A stretch of DNA of 58,539 nucleotides from Verrucomicrobiota bacterium (GCA_038214755.1 JBBQRQ010000020.1:1-58539); one strand, 5' to 3'; positions 43,193 through 54,189 are shown, counted from the stretch's first letter. Notes: generated by a model from the sequence alone, not told the origin. Numbers and translations are program-made.

Positions 43193-44029
43193 CTAGGATT
43201 TGATGTCTCGCGCTTGAAAAACCGCGCAGCCGACGATACAGCAGGTCGCACTCATTCCTGCCAGAAGAGTCAAAGAGCCGCCCACGCGCCACCACGCAAT
43301 TCGCTCCGCAAAGCACGCGTGCCAGACATTCAAGTGATGGGTGAAGAACCACGGCTTGAGTTCGCGAAAATAGGGAATGTCCTGCAAGATCATGCTGAGG
43401 AACACAACCGAGAGCGTCAGGACAGCGGCGGCTGCCGGTTTTATTTTAAAACAAGAAAACATGAAAGCCACGCTCGTGATGGTAATGGCCGTTGCGACGA
43501 GCAGCAGATGCGCTCCCAAATAACGATGGAAACCCATTGAGGCGTCGAACACGCTGAAAATTTCGTTCGGCGCATAGACAAATAATCCCCGCCATGGAAA
43601 CCAAATCGCGGCAAACAACAGACCAAAAGTTCCCAACGATAAAACAAGCGAAGCAGAGAACAGCGCTCCGGCAAGCCATTTTAAAAACAAGAGGCGTACT
43701 CGCGAAATCGGGCGCGCGAGCACCAGGCGCAGCGTTCCGTCTTCGCTCTCCTTCGCCACCAAATCTCCGCTGACCATCGCCAAAAAAACCGGGAGTAGAA
43801 TGTGCGCGATGGGAAAGATCATTCCCGTCGCAAAGGTGAGACTCGAATAGGATGGCTCGATGCTGTAGCCGTTGTCTTCCAGCAAGCGACGCATCAGATG
43901 AGTCACTCGAGGGAACTGCATGATGAGCAGGATGAGATTTTGCGTGACGAAAAAAACCACAAACCCCATGTAAGTGCGCTTCTTGCCGAACAGTTTCCAC
44001 ACCTCATTTCGCAACTGTTGGTAGAACAT
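43193..44029 (-). CDS. ABC-2 type permease, copy 2
   Basis: GDLVAKESEDGTLRLVLARPISR; six TMs; paralog of 48748-49584. Confidence 0.88.
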   Translation of the reverse strand: MFYQQLRNEVWKLFGKKRTYMGFVVFFVTQNLILLIMQFPRVTHLMRRLLEDNGYSIEPSYSSLTFATGMIFPIAHILLPVFLAMVSGDLVAKESEDGTLRLVLARPISRVRLLFLKWLAGALFSASLVLSLGTFGLLFAAIWFPWRGLFVYAPNEIFSVFDASMGFHRYLGAHLLLVATAITITSVAFMFSCFKIKPAAAAVLTLSVVFLSMILQDIPYFRELKPWFFTHHLNVWHACFAERIAWWRVGGSLTLLAGMSATCCIVGCAVFQARDIKS

Positions 44030-44053
44030 GGGCGGCGCGCTGGTAAAGAATTG

Positions 44054-44677
44054 CTAACGCAAAACTATCCCGTGTTCCATCAGCCGCTGCATTTCTTCGA
44101 GGACAGGCGCGACCTCGGCTTTAGTTTGCGCCGAGCTTTTTGTATAAAACGTTTTGAGTCCGACTGATTGCATTCGTTGTTCCAGTTCCGCGCTCAATGG
44201 CGAGGTCGAATTCGTGGATGGTTGATCGTGCTCGGAGGGGCTTTTGGGTATTGGAAGTTCGTGCGCATCTCGCAATCGCTTCATCGCATCTTCAATGGTT
44301 TTTTTGCGCGCGGCATCCGGCATCTGTTCAAAAGCAGTCATCATCTGGGTGATGCCGGTCGGCAGTGTGGCTTCAACAAAACGGGTTCTCTCTTCTTCGG
44401 TCATCTGCAAAAACCAATTTTCCCACGCGCGTTGCAAATGCAATTTGATCCGTTCCTCAGAGGACAGCGCGTTAACTTGTCGGGCGAGTTCCGCAATAGC
44501 TTTGTTTCGCTGTGCCGCATTTAGAGACGCAAAATTAACGGATGAAATATAGGCGCGCACTTTGTCCGAGGTCACTTTGGATTGCTGCGACCAGTGGTAA
44601 GTGCCCATGACGATGAGCCATACTGCGATGATCGTTATCCCAGCAATGAGCGCTACTCGTGAGCGATGATTTGCCAT
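44054..44677 (-). CDS. Membrane-anchored helical hypothetical protein, copy 2
   Basis: N-terminal TM; clear paralog of 51465-52073. Confidence 0.8.
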   Translation of the reverse strand: MANHRSRVALIAGITIIAVWLIVMGTYHWSQQSKVTSDKVRAYISSVNFASLNAAQRNKAIAELARQVNALSSEERIKLHLQRAWENWFLQMTEEERTRFVEATLPTGITQMMTAFEQMPDAARKKTIEDAMKRLRDAHELPIPKSPSEHDQPSTNSTSPLSAELEQRMQSVGLKTFYTKSSAQTKAEVAPVLEEMQRLMEHGIVLR

Positions 44678-44872
44678 AAACTTGACGCTAACAGTCAGCA
44701 ACTTTTCTGTCACAAAGAAAACGTGCCACAGAATAGCTTGGAATTTTGGAGAGGCCTTTTATCATCGCGCTAACCGATGGGAATCCTGTTTTTCAAAGTT
44801 GCGCAGGTGAGGGTATTCCGACAGGGGACTTGTCGCCCTCGTCAACCAGCGAAAACTTTTTAGAATTGAGTC

Positions 44873-45895
44873 ATGCAACTGGAAGACCTCAAACAAAGTT
44901 TCACTCAGGGCAGCGAAGAGCTGGCCAATTATTTGGAGCGAAAGTTTGTGCGCGGTCTGCAACTGATGGGTGAACGGCGGGCCCTCCGCTTTGCTCGAAT
45001 GGTCGCGCCCCTCTTTACTCTTTCCAAAAATGGGCAGCGCCGCCAAAACCTGCAGCGATTTTTTGGCCCGAAAGCGTGGGACAAAAAACGCCAGCGCAAC
45101 TTTGAAAAGGGTTACTACGATTACCTGGCGCGTTTCTTCGCCGAACAGGCATGTCTTGCACCTGGCCCGTCCGAGAGTTTTCGGGAAAGAGTGACGCTCG
45201 CGGGTGAAAATCATGTGGAAGAAGCTTTGCGAGCCGGGCGCGGTGCCGTGGTCATAAGCGGGCATGTTGGCAACTACCGATTTATTCCGGCAGCCCTCGG
45301 ACAGAAGGGATACAAGGTAACCGCTTTGGTCCGCAGTGTGCCGTTGGCTGGGAACGAACGATATTTTATTGAGCTCGCGGGTCGCCACAATATTCGAATT
45401 GTTTTCACTTATCAAAATGTAGTGGAAGCCTTCCGCACCGTGTTGCGAAACAATGAAGTCATTTACGTCGCATTTGACACGGTCGCTCTCGATAATTCTC
45501 CGATGTGGTTTCCGTTCGGTCACGCCAGTCTTGAACTCAGCCGCGGTCCAGCCTTGTTAGCTTGCCGCTATGGCGCCCCTGTCCTCTACGGAGTTGCCCC
45601 TCAAGAACCAGGCGGCCGAACCTCCATTACACTCAAGCCAGTGGAGCCGTTGGCCACGGAGCGCGATACTCCTTCATCGCCCGATCAAATACTTGCTGCG
45701 TGGCTTCGACATTTGTATGCAGACATTCTGCGCTACCCGGAACAATGGTGGGAATGGCCTTTTCAAACGGTCAAAGCCGAAGAGCAGGACCGTGCGTTGC
45801 GCGGGTGTCCGGCCTCAAGTCTTTCCTCTGAAAACCGAAATTCTAAAATAAGAAATCCGCTGGCCCGTCCGCTCTCCCGGCAAACTGTTGAGTAA
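44873..45895 (+). CDS. LpxL/HtrB-like lipid acyltransferase
   Basis: GENHVEEAL..GRG....GH.GN, FD, FG......GPA.LA, PEQWWEW. Confidence 0.8.
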   Translation: MQLEDLKQSFTQGSEELANYLERKFVRGLQLMGERRALRFARMVAPLFTLSKNGQRRQNLQRFFGPKAWDKKRQRNFEKGYYDYLARFFAEQACLAPGPSESFRERVTLAGENHVEEALRAGRGAVVISGHVGNYRFIPAALGQKGYKVTALVRSVPLAGNERYFIELAGRHNIRIVFTYQNVVEAFRTVLRNNEVIYVAFDTVALDNSPMWFPFGHASLELSRGPALLACRYGAPVLYGVAPQEPGGRTSITLKPVEPLATERDTPSSPDQILAAWLRHLYADILRYPEQWWEWPFQTVKAEEQDRALRGCPASSLSSENRNSKIRNPLARPLSRQTVE

Positions 45896-45938
45896 ACGAA
45901 TTACGCATCGACTGCGCTGTCTTTAGCGAGTCACTTCC

Positions 45939-46928
45939 ATGAGTGACAAATTTTTCAAAGCACGGATGAGAGTCGCTTCGCCGGCCGCCTGGCGGATGAA
46001 GGATGCCTTTGACTCAGGAGCAACCCGACTGGTGTTGACTGGCCTGAGCCGACTGGAAGAGAGGCGCGCATTAAAAGTCGCGCGTGTCCTCACCTGGTTT
46101 TATTCACTCAGCGTCGGAAACAAACCTCGCGACAACGCATGTCGATTCTTCGGGCCGCTGGGATGGCAGAAAAAGGAATTTCGACAATTCCACTCGGAGC
46201 GTCGCGAATCTCTGGCGCGACTGGCCGTGGACTTGTCTCGCTTGCTCGTCATTTCGCCGGCTGAACTAATTGAGCGAACAACTCTTCTCGGAGTGGAGCA
46301 TGTCGAGGCCGCGCTCTCATTGGGCCGTGGGCTTTTGCTGCTCGGCGGACACATGGGGAGCTATTCGATTCTCGCCCCCATCCTCAGTTCATTCGGTTAT
46401 AAAACTTCGACGGCCTTTCGACCAGTCGCCCGCGCAAGGGATAGGAAGTTCATGAGCGATCTGTTAAGTCCCTTTGGCAGCGCATTCGGATTTGCGGGAA
46501 AAAATGCATTGAAGGTGATGCGCGCCTCCTTCCAACGCAATGAATCCTTTCTCACTTTTTTTGATGTAATGGAAAACGTTGCTTCAACCATCAACCTTCC
46601 CTTCGGTCACGCTCACATGCGCATCGCAAAGGGCCCCGCTCTCCTGGCAATCCGCTGTCGTGTGCCGGTCGCTTATGTCAGCACCGTTCAACTCGGCGAC
46701 GGGCGCAATCGAGTGACCATCATTCCGATTCATTTCGATATGCGAGAGCGTTCAGCCGATGCCGCCGCTGCTCTCAACGCGCAACTTCTGCAATTACTTT
46801 TTCACGACGTAATGGCGAATCCTGCCCAATGGTGGATGTGGGCGTTTCAAGATTTAATGGTGGGTGATCGCGCCGACCCTTGCGAACACTCTCCTCCACC
46901 ACGCTCTTCCTCCACGATTGCGAACTGA
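45939..46928 (+). CDS. LpxL/HtrB-like lipid acyltransferase, second paralog
   Basis: GVEHVEAAL..GRG....GH.G, FD, FG......GPA.LA, PAQWWMW. Confidence 0.8.
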   Translation: MSDKFFKARMRVASPAAWRMKDAFDSGATRLVLTGLSRLEERRALKVARVLTWFYSLSVGNKPRDNACRFFGPLGWQKKEFRQFHSERRESLARLAVDLSRLLVISPAELIERTTLLGVEHVEAALSLGRGLLLLGGHMGSYSILAPILSSFGYKTSTAFRPVARARDRKFMSDLLSPFGSAFGFAGKNALKVMRASFQRNESFLTFFDVMENVASTINLPFGHAHMRIAKGPALLAIRCRVPVAYVSTVQLGDGRNRVTIIPIHFDMRERSADAAAALNAQLLQLLFHDVMANPAQWWMWAFQDLMVGDRADPCEHSPPPRSSSTIAN

Positions 46929-46936
46929 TCGAACAA

Positions 46937-48652
46937 ATGCGCGACATTCCAGAACGCGACAAATCCAACGCGGACCGAGCCGAACTTTTTCTCCGACGGC
47001 ATGGATGGTGGCTGTTGTTATTCATCGCAATCGTCGCGCTTCTGCCGGGGACAGTCTCCGCGCCCTTGAGCGATGTGGACGAAGCGCGGTTCTCTGGCGC
47101 AACTTTGGAAATGATGGATCGCGGTGAATGGGTCGTTCCCTATTTCAACGGCGAATACCGTTTCGATAAACCGCCGCTCATTTACTGGTTGCAACGATTG
47201 AGTTTCACCGTCTTCGGCGTGAATGAATTTGCCGCGCGCTTTCCTTCGCTGGCGGCAACCCTGGCAGTGGCGCTTCTCATTTTCAATTTTGGGCGACGCC
47301 TATTTTCAGCGCAATCGGGATTCCTGGCCGCCTTCGCTTGGCTGACCTGTTTTCAGGTGCAGATGCACGGACGCGCCGCCGTGGCGGACATGCCAATGAT
47401 TCTTTGCATCGTCCTCGCCCACCGCGCGCTCTTTGAAATGGCGGTCTCGTCCCAGCAACCCTCCCCCTACGGACGATGGTTTTGGATCTTATACCTTTCT
47501 CTCGGTTTTGGTTTTCTGGCCAAAGGCCCGGTGATGTTCGCCGTCCCGGCGATGACGCTGCTTCTCTACCGATTTGTGTTTTTGCGAAAACCTCTCGCCT
47601 GGAGATCGCTGCAATTGGTTCCGGGCTTATTGATTTGTTTAAGCGTCGTCGCAGCGTGGGGCGTTCCTGCTCTCATCAAAACGCACGGGCTTTTTTGGAA
47701 AATCGGCATCGGCCAACACGTCATCGGTCGCGGCGGTCAAACCCTCTGGCTAAAGACAACTCCGCTTTTTTATTTGATGACGGCTTTCCTCAGCCTCGCG
47801 CCGTGGACATCGTGCGCAGCGCATGGAGCGATCGGGCTTCGTCAATCCTGGAATCGCGAGCGTGGCTTCCTTCTCGCCTGGCTGCTTGGCCCGTATTTTA
47901 TTTTTTCGTTTTACGCCACGCAAATCCCTCACTACGTCATGCCCGCGTTCCCGGCTTTTTTTCTTCTGCTGTTTCAACGTCCGTGGCCAATGAGACCATC
48001 GCCGCGCTGGGAGAAAATTTGGTTCTGGGCGGTGTTGTCGATTTGCGCAACCGCACTCTGCGTGGTCGCACTGCCCCTCATTTCGCATCCGTTTGCAGAA
48101 GAGTTTGAAGTGATGAGAATTGCCGCTCTCTGGTTTATCGCTTTTTTCTTTTGCCTGTTGCTGATCGTCTTTGGCTGGCGATTGGGTCGCCTCCCTTGGC
48201 TTTTACTGGCACTACTGCTCTCCGCCGTTTTTGTGACGGGATTTATGGGGGAAGTTCGCAGCGCTGTTCCCACCTTACCCTTGCAATCTATTTTTCGACA
48301 AATGCCGAACGACGCTGAGTTTGTTGGCTTCGGTTATTCCGAATCCACATTGGTTTATTACAGCCATCACGTCTGGCGATTTGAAACTGACTTGGAAAAA
48401 CTGCGCGAAAAACTCGACGCACCCGGCGCGCGATGCGTCGTTTGTCTGCGGCGGGAATTCAAATTTGATCCACCGATGATCCGCCTGTTGAAGAGCGGCG
48501 CCAGCTCGAAAGAGATTCCGCCTGCCATCGATAACACCGAGAAACTCAATTCACTACCCGCCCACGGCTACGAGCGCGCGCGAGTCAACGGAATCAGCTT
48601 TGAACGCGCGAGTTGGGTCGAGCTTGAAATTTTTTTCAGGACGACGAATTAG
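46937..48652 (+). CDS. ArnT-like GT-C glycosyltransferase
   Basis: DVDEARF, EM...G.W..P..NG..RFDKPPL, LAKGP, HYVMP; multi-TM. Confidence 0.88.
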   Translation: MRDIPERDKSNADRAELFLRRHGWWLLLFIAIVALLPGTVSAPLSDVDEARFSGATLEMMDRGEWVVPYFNGEYRFDKPPLIYWLQRLSFTVFGVNEFAARFPSLAATLAVALLIFNFGRRLFSAQSGFLAAFAWLTCFQVQMHGRAAVADMPMILCIVLAHRALFEMAVSSQQPSPYGRWFWILYLSLGFGFLAKGPVMFAVPAMTLLLYRFVFLRKPLAWRSLQLVPGLLICLSVVAAWGVPALIKTHGLFWKIGIGQHVIGRGGQTLWLKTTPLFYLMTAFLSLAPWTSCAAHGAIGLRQSWNRERGFLLAWLLGPYFIFSFYATQIPHYVMPAFPAFFLLLFQRPWPMRPSPRWEKIWFWAVLSICATALCVVALPLISHPFAEEFEVMRIAALWFIAFFFCLLLIVFGWRLGRLPWLLLALLLSAVFVTGFMGEVRSAVPTLPLQSIFRQMPNDAEFVGFGYSESTLVYYSHHVWRFETDLEKLREKLDAPGARCVVCLRREFKFDPPMIRLLKSGASSKEIPPAIDNTEKLNSLPAHGYERARVNGISFERASWVELEIFFRTTN

Positions 48653-48669
48653 CGGGGATGTTGCGCCGG

Positions 48670-48697
48670 TGGAGTGCGGAGACATGTCTCCGCTTTT
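48670..48697. repeat. Half REP (TGGAGTGCG family), possible terminator between convergent genes
   Basis: GCGGAGACATGTCTCCGC hairpin followed by TTTT. Confidence 0.7.
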
Positions 48698-48747
48698 CCT
48701 ACAGGCATCACAATTGCGAACTCTCAAACTCTCTGCGGAAAACGGTT

Positions 48748-49584
48748 TCAAGACTTGATATCACGCACTTGAAAAACGGTGCAGGCCACAATCAAAAAAG
48801 TCACGTTGAAGCCAAGCAAGATGCTGAACGATTCTCCCACGCGCCACCACGGGATCGGTTGCGCAAACATATTCTGCCAAAGATTCAGGTGATACGTGAG
48901 AAACCAGTGTTGAATTTCTTTGAAGAAAGGAATCTGCATCAAAATAAAATTCACGAAAACAAATGAGAGCGCGAGAATGGTCGCCGCCGCCGGCTTGACA
49001 TTGAAACAGGAAAACATGAAGGCCAATCCCATGATCGAAATGGCCTTGGCGATCAGCGCGAGGTGCGCAAAAAAATAATGTTCGAGGCCAGTCCGCGCAT
49101 CGAACACGCTGAACATTTCTCCGGGAATCATGACGAACAACCCGCCCCATTTGAAAAACAGTGATGAAAACAACAGCCCGAAAATTCCCAACGCCAAAAT
49201 GAGTAGCACGGAAAAAATTGCGCCCGCCACCCATTTGATCATCAACAAGCGAACGCGCGAAATGGGTCGCGCCAAAATCATGCGCAACGTTCCGTCCTCG
49301 GCTTCCTTGGCGAGCAAATCTCCGCCGACCAGCGAAACATAAAGCGGCAACAAAACGTAGGCGATCGGGAAAAGCATGATCGTGGCGATGGTAAGTCCTG
49401 AAATAAATTGGTCGGCTTGATAGCCATTATTTTCCAGTTGGCGAACCATGTTGCGCGAGGCGTGAGAGAACCGGAAAACCAGCGTGATCACATTTTGCGC
49501 GATGAGAAACATGGCGAAGCCGATGTAAGTCCGTTTCTTTCCAAACAGTTTCCACAGTTCATTGCGGAGTTGTAGGTAAAACAT
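48748..49584 (-). CDS. ABC-2 type permease, copy 1
   Basis: GDLLAKEAEDGTLRMILARPISR; downstream of the ATPase. Confidence 0.9.
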   Translation of the reverse strand: MFYLQLRNELWKLFGKKRTYIGFAMFLIAQNVITLVFRFSHASRNMVRQLENNGYQADQFISGLTIATIMLFPIAYVLLPLYVSLVGGDLLAKEAEDGTLRMILARPISRVRLLMIKWVAGAIFSVLLILALGIFGLLFSSLFFKWGGLFVMIPGEMFSVFDARTGLEHYFFAHLALIAKAISIMGLAFMFSCFNVKPAAATILALSFVFVNFILMQIPFFKEIQHWFLTYHLNLWQNMFAQPIPWWRVGESFSILLGFNVTFLIVACTVFQVRDIKS

Positions 49585-49645
49585 ATTTTAACTGCGAAGG
49601 AATACCAATCTACCCAACGCGGCAGAGCCGCAGCCGAAACGCCTG

Positions 49646-49737
49646 TTCAACGCAAAGGTCGCAAAGGTTTTCGCAGAGGAACGCGGAGATGTGACCTTTG
49701 CGTCCTTTGCGAGAACCTCCGCGTCCTCTGCGTTTAA
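49646..49737. repeat. 9/10-bp-period inverted-repeat element, short copy
   Basis: AACGCAAAGGTCGCAAAGGTTTTCGCAGAGGAACGC...CCTCTGCGTTTAA. Confidence 0.85.
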
Positions 49738-49840
49738 ATGGAAACTTCTGCCAACAATAGAAAAAATTTTGTCGGAGATACCCGGGTCGTCCTCGGAGTA
49801 ATCCATCGAACCAAAATCGATTTTCTCCTCCACATCCCAA

Positions 49841-50755
49841 TTAGTATTCATTCGTATCCATTCGTGGTTTGTCCTTCATCAACGATAAATAAAAATCTTC
49901 CAGCGTTTGTTCGACTTGCGCGATTTCAAAAAGCGGCATCCCGTGCTCCACCAGGCGCTTGACGATCTGATCGGTTGTGATGCCGGTGCCAAGGGTGATA
50001 AATTGCCCGTCGCGATCTTCTTCAATCATTTTTGTTTCGCGCAAAATATTTGCCGCCTCGCCAAAGTTCTCCACGCGCAAACGAACCCAATTTTTTGGCT
50101 GCCTCGCCTCTGAAATTTTTCCTTCAAAAACTTTTCTGCCCTGGTTCATCACCGCGATGCGCGTGCAAAGCTGCTCCACTTCATTCAGTAAATGCGAAGA
50201 CAGCAAAATCGTCAGTCCCAATTCGCGATGCAGCCGCAAAATAGTCTGGCGCATTTCATGGATGCCTTCGGGATCAAGTCCGTCGCTCGGCTCGTCCAGA
50301 ATCAACAGTTCCGGCTCGGGCAACAGCGCTTGCGCCAAAGCCAATCGCGCTCTCATTCCATGCGAATAAGTTTTGACTTTGGATTTCTCGCGCCCGCTCA
50401 AGCCGACCCACTCAATCACTTCGAAGATTCTGCTTTTCGGAGTCGGCGCGGAATAATGAGTGAGAATTTCCAGGTTCCTCCAGCCGCTCAGATAATCGTA
50501 AAAGGCGGGCGCTTCAAAAATGGCTCCGACATTTTTCAACGCTCTTTGCCGGACGCGCGTCACATCGTAGCCGCAGATTTTTATTTCGCCGCGCGTCGGC
50601 CAGACTTGTCCGAGCATCATGCCGATGGCCGTGCTTTTTCCCGCGCCGTTGTGGCCGAGCAAACCAAAAATTTCTCCCCGAGGAACGTGCAAATCCAAAT
50701 CCTCCACGGCCATCCGTTTGCTGAAAATTTTTTGAACCTGATTGAGTTGAATCAC
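49841..50755 (-). CDS. ABC transporter ATP-binding protein
   Basis: GHNGAGKS, YSHGM, LILDEP, SSH; GTG start at 50755 preferred. Confidence 0.93.
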   Translation of the reverse strand: MIQLNQVQKIFSKRMAVEDLDLHVPRGEIFGLLGHNGAGKSTAIGMMLGQVWPTRGEIKICGYDVTRVRQRALKNVGAIFEAPAFYDYLSGWRNLEILTHYSAPTPKSRIFEVIEWVGLSGREKSKVKTYSHGMRARLALAQALLPEPELLILDEPSDGLDPEGIHEMRQTILRLHRELGLTILLSSHLLNEVEQLCTRIAVMNQGRKVFEGKISEARQPKNWVRLRVENFGEAANILRETKMIEEDRDGQFITLGTGITTDQIVKRLVEHGMPLFEIAQVEQTLEDFYLSLMKDKPRMDTNEY

Positions 50756-50764
50756 AATTTTTTC

Positions 50765-50914
50765 TGTAGCGGCGCGTCTGCGACCGCCGCTTTTTTTTCC
50801 ATTCTCTGTAGCGGAGCGGCTATGACCGCCGCCATTTTTTCTCACGCAATCCGGCGGCGGTCACAGACACGCCGCTACAAATTTGTTCGATGGCGGTCGA
50901 GACGCGCCCTTACA
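50765..50914. repeat. Four-unit TGTAGCGG REP cluster
   Basis: Two direct TGTAGCGG..GACCGCCG units and two inverted units ending CGCTACA / CCTTACA. Confidence 0.85.
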
Positions 50915-50917
50915 AAT

Positions 50918-51460
<543 letters not shown>

Positions 51461-51464
51461 TATT

Positions 51465-52073
51465 TCAGCGAAACATTCGCCCGCTTTCCATGCTCTTTTG
51501 AATCTCTTCCAGGAGCGGAGCGATTTCCGCTTTGGATTGCGCCGAGCTTTGGCTGTAGAAACTTTTCAAACCGATGGTCGCAACTTTTCTCTGCAAATCT
51601 TCGCTCAAAACGGGAGGCCGGTTGGTGCCCGCCGCAGCTTTCGGAGGTTCGCTGCTTTCGCGCGTCTCTTTCAATCGCTTCATCGCATCGTCGATCGTTT
51701 TCCGGCGTTTCTCCTCTGGCAATTGCTCGAACGCATTGATCATTTGTTTAAAGCCGCTCGGCATCGTCGCTTCGATAAATTCGCCTTTTTCCTGCTCGGA
51801 CATTTCTTTGAACCATTCGTCCATCATTCGGCCGCCGCGAAATTTTTTTCGCTCTTCCGCCGAGAGAGAATTTATTTTCGCCGCCAAATCGCGCAAAGCC
51901 TTCGCCCGCTTTTCGCCGGACAATTTTCGCAGATCAGTTTCGTTTAAATAGCTTTGAACTTTTTCCGCGGTCATTTTGGAATTGCGGGCCATCACGTATC
52001 CGCCCCAGGCCAACAGCCACACGGCGAGAAAGCAAATCGCCGCGATTATCACCGTGCGTTTCCTCGGATTCAT
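51465..52073 (-). CDS. Membrane-anchored helical hypothetical protein, copy 1
   Basis: Basic N-terminus plus TM; first gene of the putative operon. Confidence 0.82.
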   Translation of the reverse strand: MNPRKRTVIIAAICFLAVWLLAWGGYVMARNSKMTAEKVQSYLNETDLRKLSGEKRAKALRDLAAKINSLSAEERKKFRGGRMMDEWFKEMSEQEKGEFIEATMPSGFKQMINAFEQLPEEKRRKTIDDAMKRLKETRESSEPPKAAAGTNRPPVLSEDLQRKVATIGLKSFYSQSSAQSKAEIAPLLEEIQKSMESGRMFR

Positions 52074-52141
52074 GAGTCCACTGTAACGCCAATTGCAGGC
52101 CAGGCGATGCAAAATATTTTTCTAACTTCACTAACTTCAGC

Positions 52142-52343
52142 GGGTGTGATTAAAAGCGGGTGAGGCGGGAACCGATCTTATTTTGGACTGCGGGGACAAG
52201 TCCCCGCTTTGGCTGCACGGTGGAAGAGCGGGGAAGGTACCTATTGAGCACTTTCTCCATCGCGTAACGTGCAGGAAAACCGGCGCCATGCCGCCGCAGT
52301 CCACGGAAACCAAATCCCGCCTCACCCGGTTTCAATCACACCC
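52142..52343. repeat. Nested element: outer ~29-bp inverted repeat enclosing a TTGGACTGCG REP doublet (52183-52303)
   Basis: GGGTGTGATTAAAAGCGGGTGAGGCGGGA / TCCCGCCTCACCCGGTTTCAATCACACCC. Confidence 0.85.
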
Positions 52344-52381
52344 AACTTCAGCACCTGCGCATGTGGCGAGGACCGAGAAAG

Positions 52382-52481
52382 TAGTGGGGCAGACATCCTG
52401 TCTGCCGAGGGGCTTCCAGCCCCAGAACCACAATTCGCGGGCAAGATGCCCGCTGTGACAGGCTGGAAGCCTGCCCCACTA
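52382..52481. repeat. TAGTGGGGC double-hairpin REP element
   Basis: TAGTGGGGCAGACATCCTGTCTG ... CAGGCTGGAAGCCTGCCCCACTA. Confidence 0.8.
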
Positions 52482-52541
52482 TTCAGCATCACCCGTGAAG
52501 CGCGCTCTTGCTTTTTTCTAAACGCAATTAAAAGTCCTGAC

Positions 52542-53123
52542 ATGAGCCAACCGAAAATTTTAGCCTTTGCCGGAAGCACCCGAAACGACTCGTTCAACAA
52601 AAAACTTATTCGCATCGCAGTCGATGCCGCTCGTGCCGCTGGCGCGGAAGTGACTCTCATCGATCTGCGCGATTTGCCGATGCCGCTTTACGACGGCGAT
52701 TTGGAAACGGCGAGCGGCCTGCCGGAGAACGCCAAAAAATTCAAACAACTTTTGCGCGACCATGATGGTTTGTTAATTTCGGCTCCCGAATACAACAGTT
52801 CCATCACCGGCGTTTTAAAAAATTCCATCGACTGGGCCTCGCGCGTCGAGTCAGAGAACGAACCGGACCTCATTTGTTTCAAAGGAAAAATTGCCTCGTT
52901 GATGAGTGCGTCGCCGGGCGGACTCGGAGGTCTGCGCGGTCTCGTTCATCTACGATCCATTTTGGGAAACATCGGTGTGATTGTGTTGCCCGATCAAATT
53001 TCAATTTCTTCTGCGCACGAAGCCTTCGATGAAAATGGCAAACTCAAAGATCAAAAGAAAAGCAAACAGGTCAGCGACATCGCGGCGGGCCTGGCGAAAT
53101 TTCTGAGTAAAATAAAAAGTTAA
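52542..53123 (+). CDS. NADPH-dependent FMN reductase family protein
   Basis: AGSTR.DSFN, PEYNSS, LKNSIDWASR, SPGGLGG. Confidence 0.92.
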   Translation: MSQPKILAFAGSTRNDSFNKKLIRIAVDAARAAGAEVTLIDLRDLPMPLYDGDLETASGLPENAKKFKQLLRDHDGLLISAPEYNSSITGVLKNSIDWASRVESENEPDLICFKGKIASLMSASPGGLGGLRGLVHLRSILGNIGVIVLPDQISISSAHEAFDENGKLKDQKKSKQVSDIAAGLAKFLSKIKS

Positions 53124-53130
53124 GTTTGCG

Positions 53131-54189
53131 ATGAGACGAACCATTCTCATCACCGCAATTGTTTTCAGCTTCACTTCTTTTTGCAGCTTTGTGCGCGCGG
53201 ACAAAGTCGATGACTTCATCAAAACCGAGATGGAGAAACGGCAGATACCGGGTCTGGCTTTGACAATTATTCTCGACGGCAAAGAAACCAAAACTGCCGC
53301 CTACGGTTTCGCCAACCTCGAATTGAAAGCTGCGGTTCAATCTGAAACCGTTTTTGAAATCGGATCGATCACCAAACAATTCACCGCGGCGGGAATTCTT
53401 TTGTTGCAACAGGAGGGCAAGCTTTCGGTGGACGACAAGGTCAGTAAATTTGTCACGAATGTTCCTGACACGTGGACGAACATCACGCTGCGCCATTTGT
53501 TGAATCACACTTCGGGAATCAAGAGCTACACCGGCCTCGATGGTTTTGAACTGACGAAGCATTTGACCCAGGAACAATTCATTAAAAAGCTCGCCGCGCT
53601 GCCGATGGAATTCGCGCCCGGTGACGAGTGGAAATATTGCAACTCCGGCTACAACCTGCTCGGCTTCGTGATCGAAAATGTCAGTGGCAAAAAATACTGG
53701 GACTTCATGGAGCAGAAAATTTTCGGGCGTCTCGGCATGTCCTCCACCACCAACCGCGATCCGAGCATCATCATCGCAAACCGCGCCGATGGTTACGAAA
53801 AGAAAAAAGGAATGCTCATCAACCGCGATTACGATTTGACCGACGTTTTTTCGGCGGGCGCAATTGCTTCGACCGTCGGCGATCTGGCGAAGTGGAACGC
53901 GGCGCTGGACTCCGGCAAAGTGCTCAGCGCGGACAGCAGATCGCAAATGTGGACTTCAGGAAAATTGAACAATGGCAAGCTGACCGGCTACGGATTTGGC
54001 TGGCGACTCGAGCCGTTTGAAGGTCATAAAAATATCGGGCACAGTGGATCGACTTCAGGTTTTTCCGCGAGCTTGCAACGTTTTCCCGATGACAAAATTT
54101 GTGTGATTGTCCTCTGCAATTCTGACGAAACGAACGTGGCAACGACTTTGGCGAAAACAATTGGAGGTTTTTATTTCAAAGCGCCGTAG
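53131..54189 (+). CDS. Serine hydrolase, beta-lactamase-related (class C fold)
   Basis: Signal peptide; SITK (SxxK), LLNHTSG, YCN, GHSG. Confidence 0.9.
   Translation: MRRTILITAIVFSFTSFCSFVRADKVDDFIKTEMEKRQIPGLALTIILDGKETKTAAYGFANLELKAAVQSETVFEIGSITKQFTAAGILLLQQEGKLSVDDKVSKFVTNVPDTWTNITLRHLLNHTSGIKSYTGLDGFELTKHLTQEQFIKKLAALPMEFAPGDEWKYCNSGYNLLGFVIENVSGKKYWDFMEQKIFGRLGMSSTTNRDPSIIIANRADGYEKKKGMLINRDYDLTDVFSAGAIASTVGDLAKWNAALDSGKVLSADSRSQMWTSGKLNNGKLTGYGFGWRLEPFEGHKNIGHSGSTSGFSASLQRFPDDKICVIVLCNSDETNVATTLAKTIGGFYFKAP

Noticed and set aside
50756..50845. REP-encoded N-terminal extension of the ABC ATPase
   Set aside because: A GTG at 50755 gives a normal MIQL start, so the repeat cluster is more simply intergenic; not counted as an in-frame insertion.
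52269..52541. Long N-terminal extensions of the FMN reductase ORF (also the GT4 and esterase ORFs)
   Set aside because: They run through intergenic or repeat DNA, and canonical downstream ATGs match the family N-termini.
53131..54189. Bona fide beta-lactam resistance gene
   Set aside because: SxxK/YxN/HSG motifs are shared by many esterases and peptidases of this fold; activity cannot be inferred from sequence.
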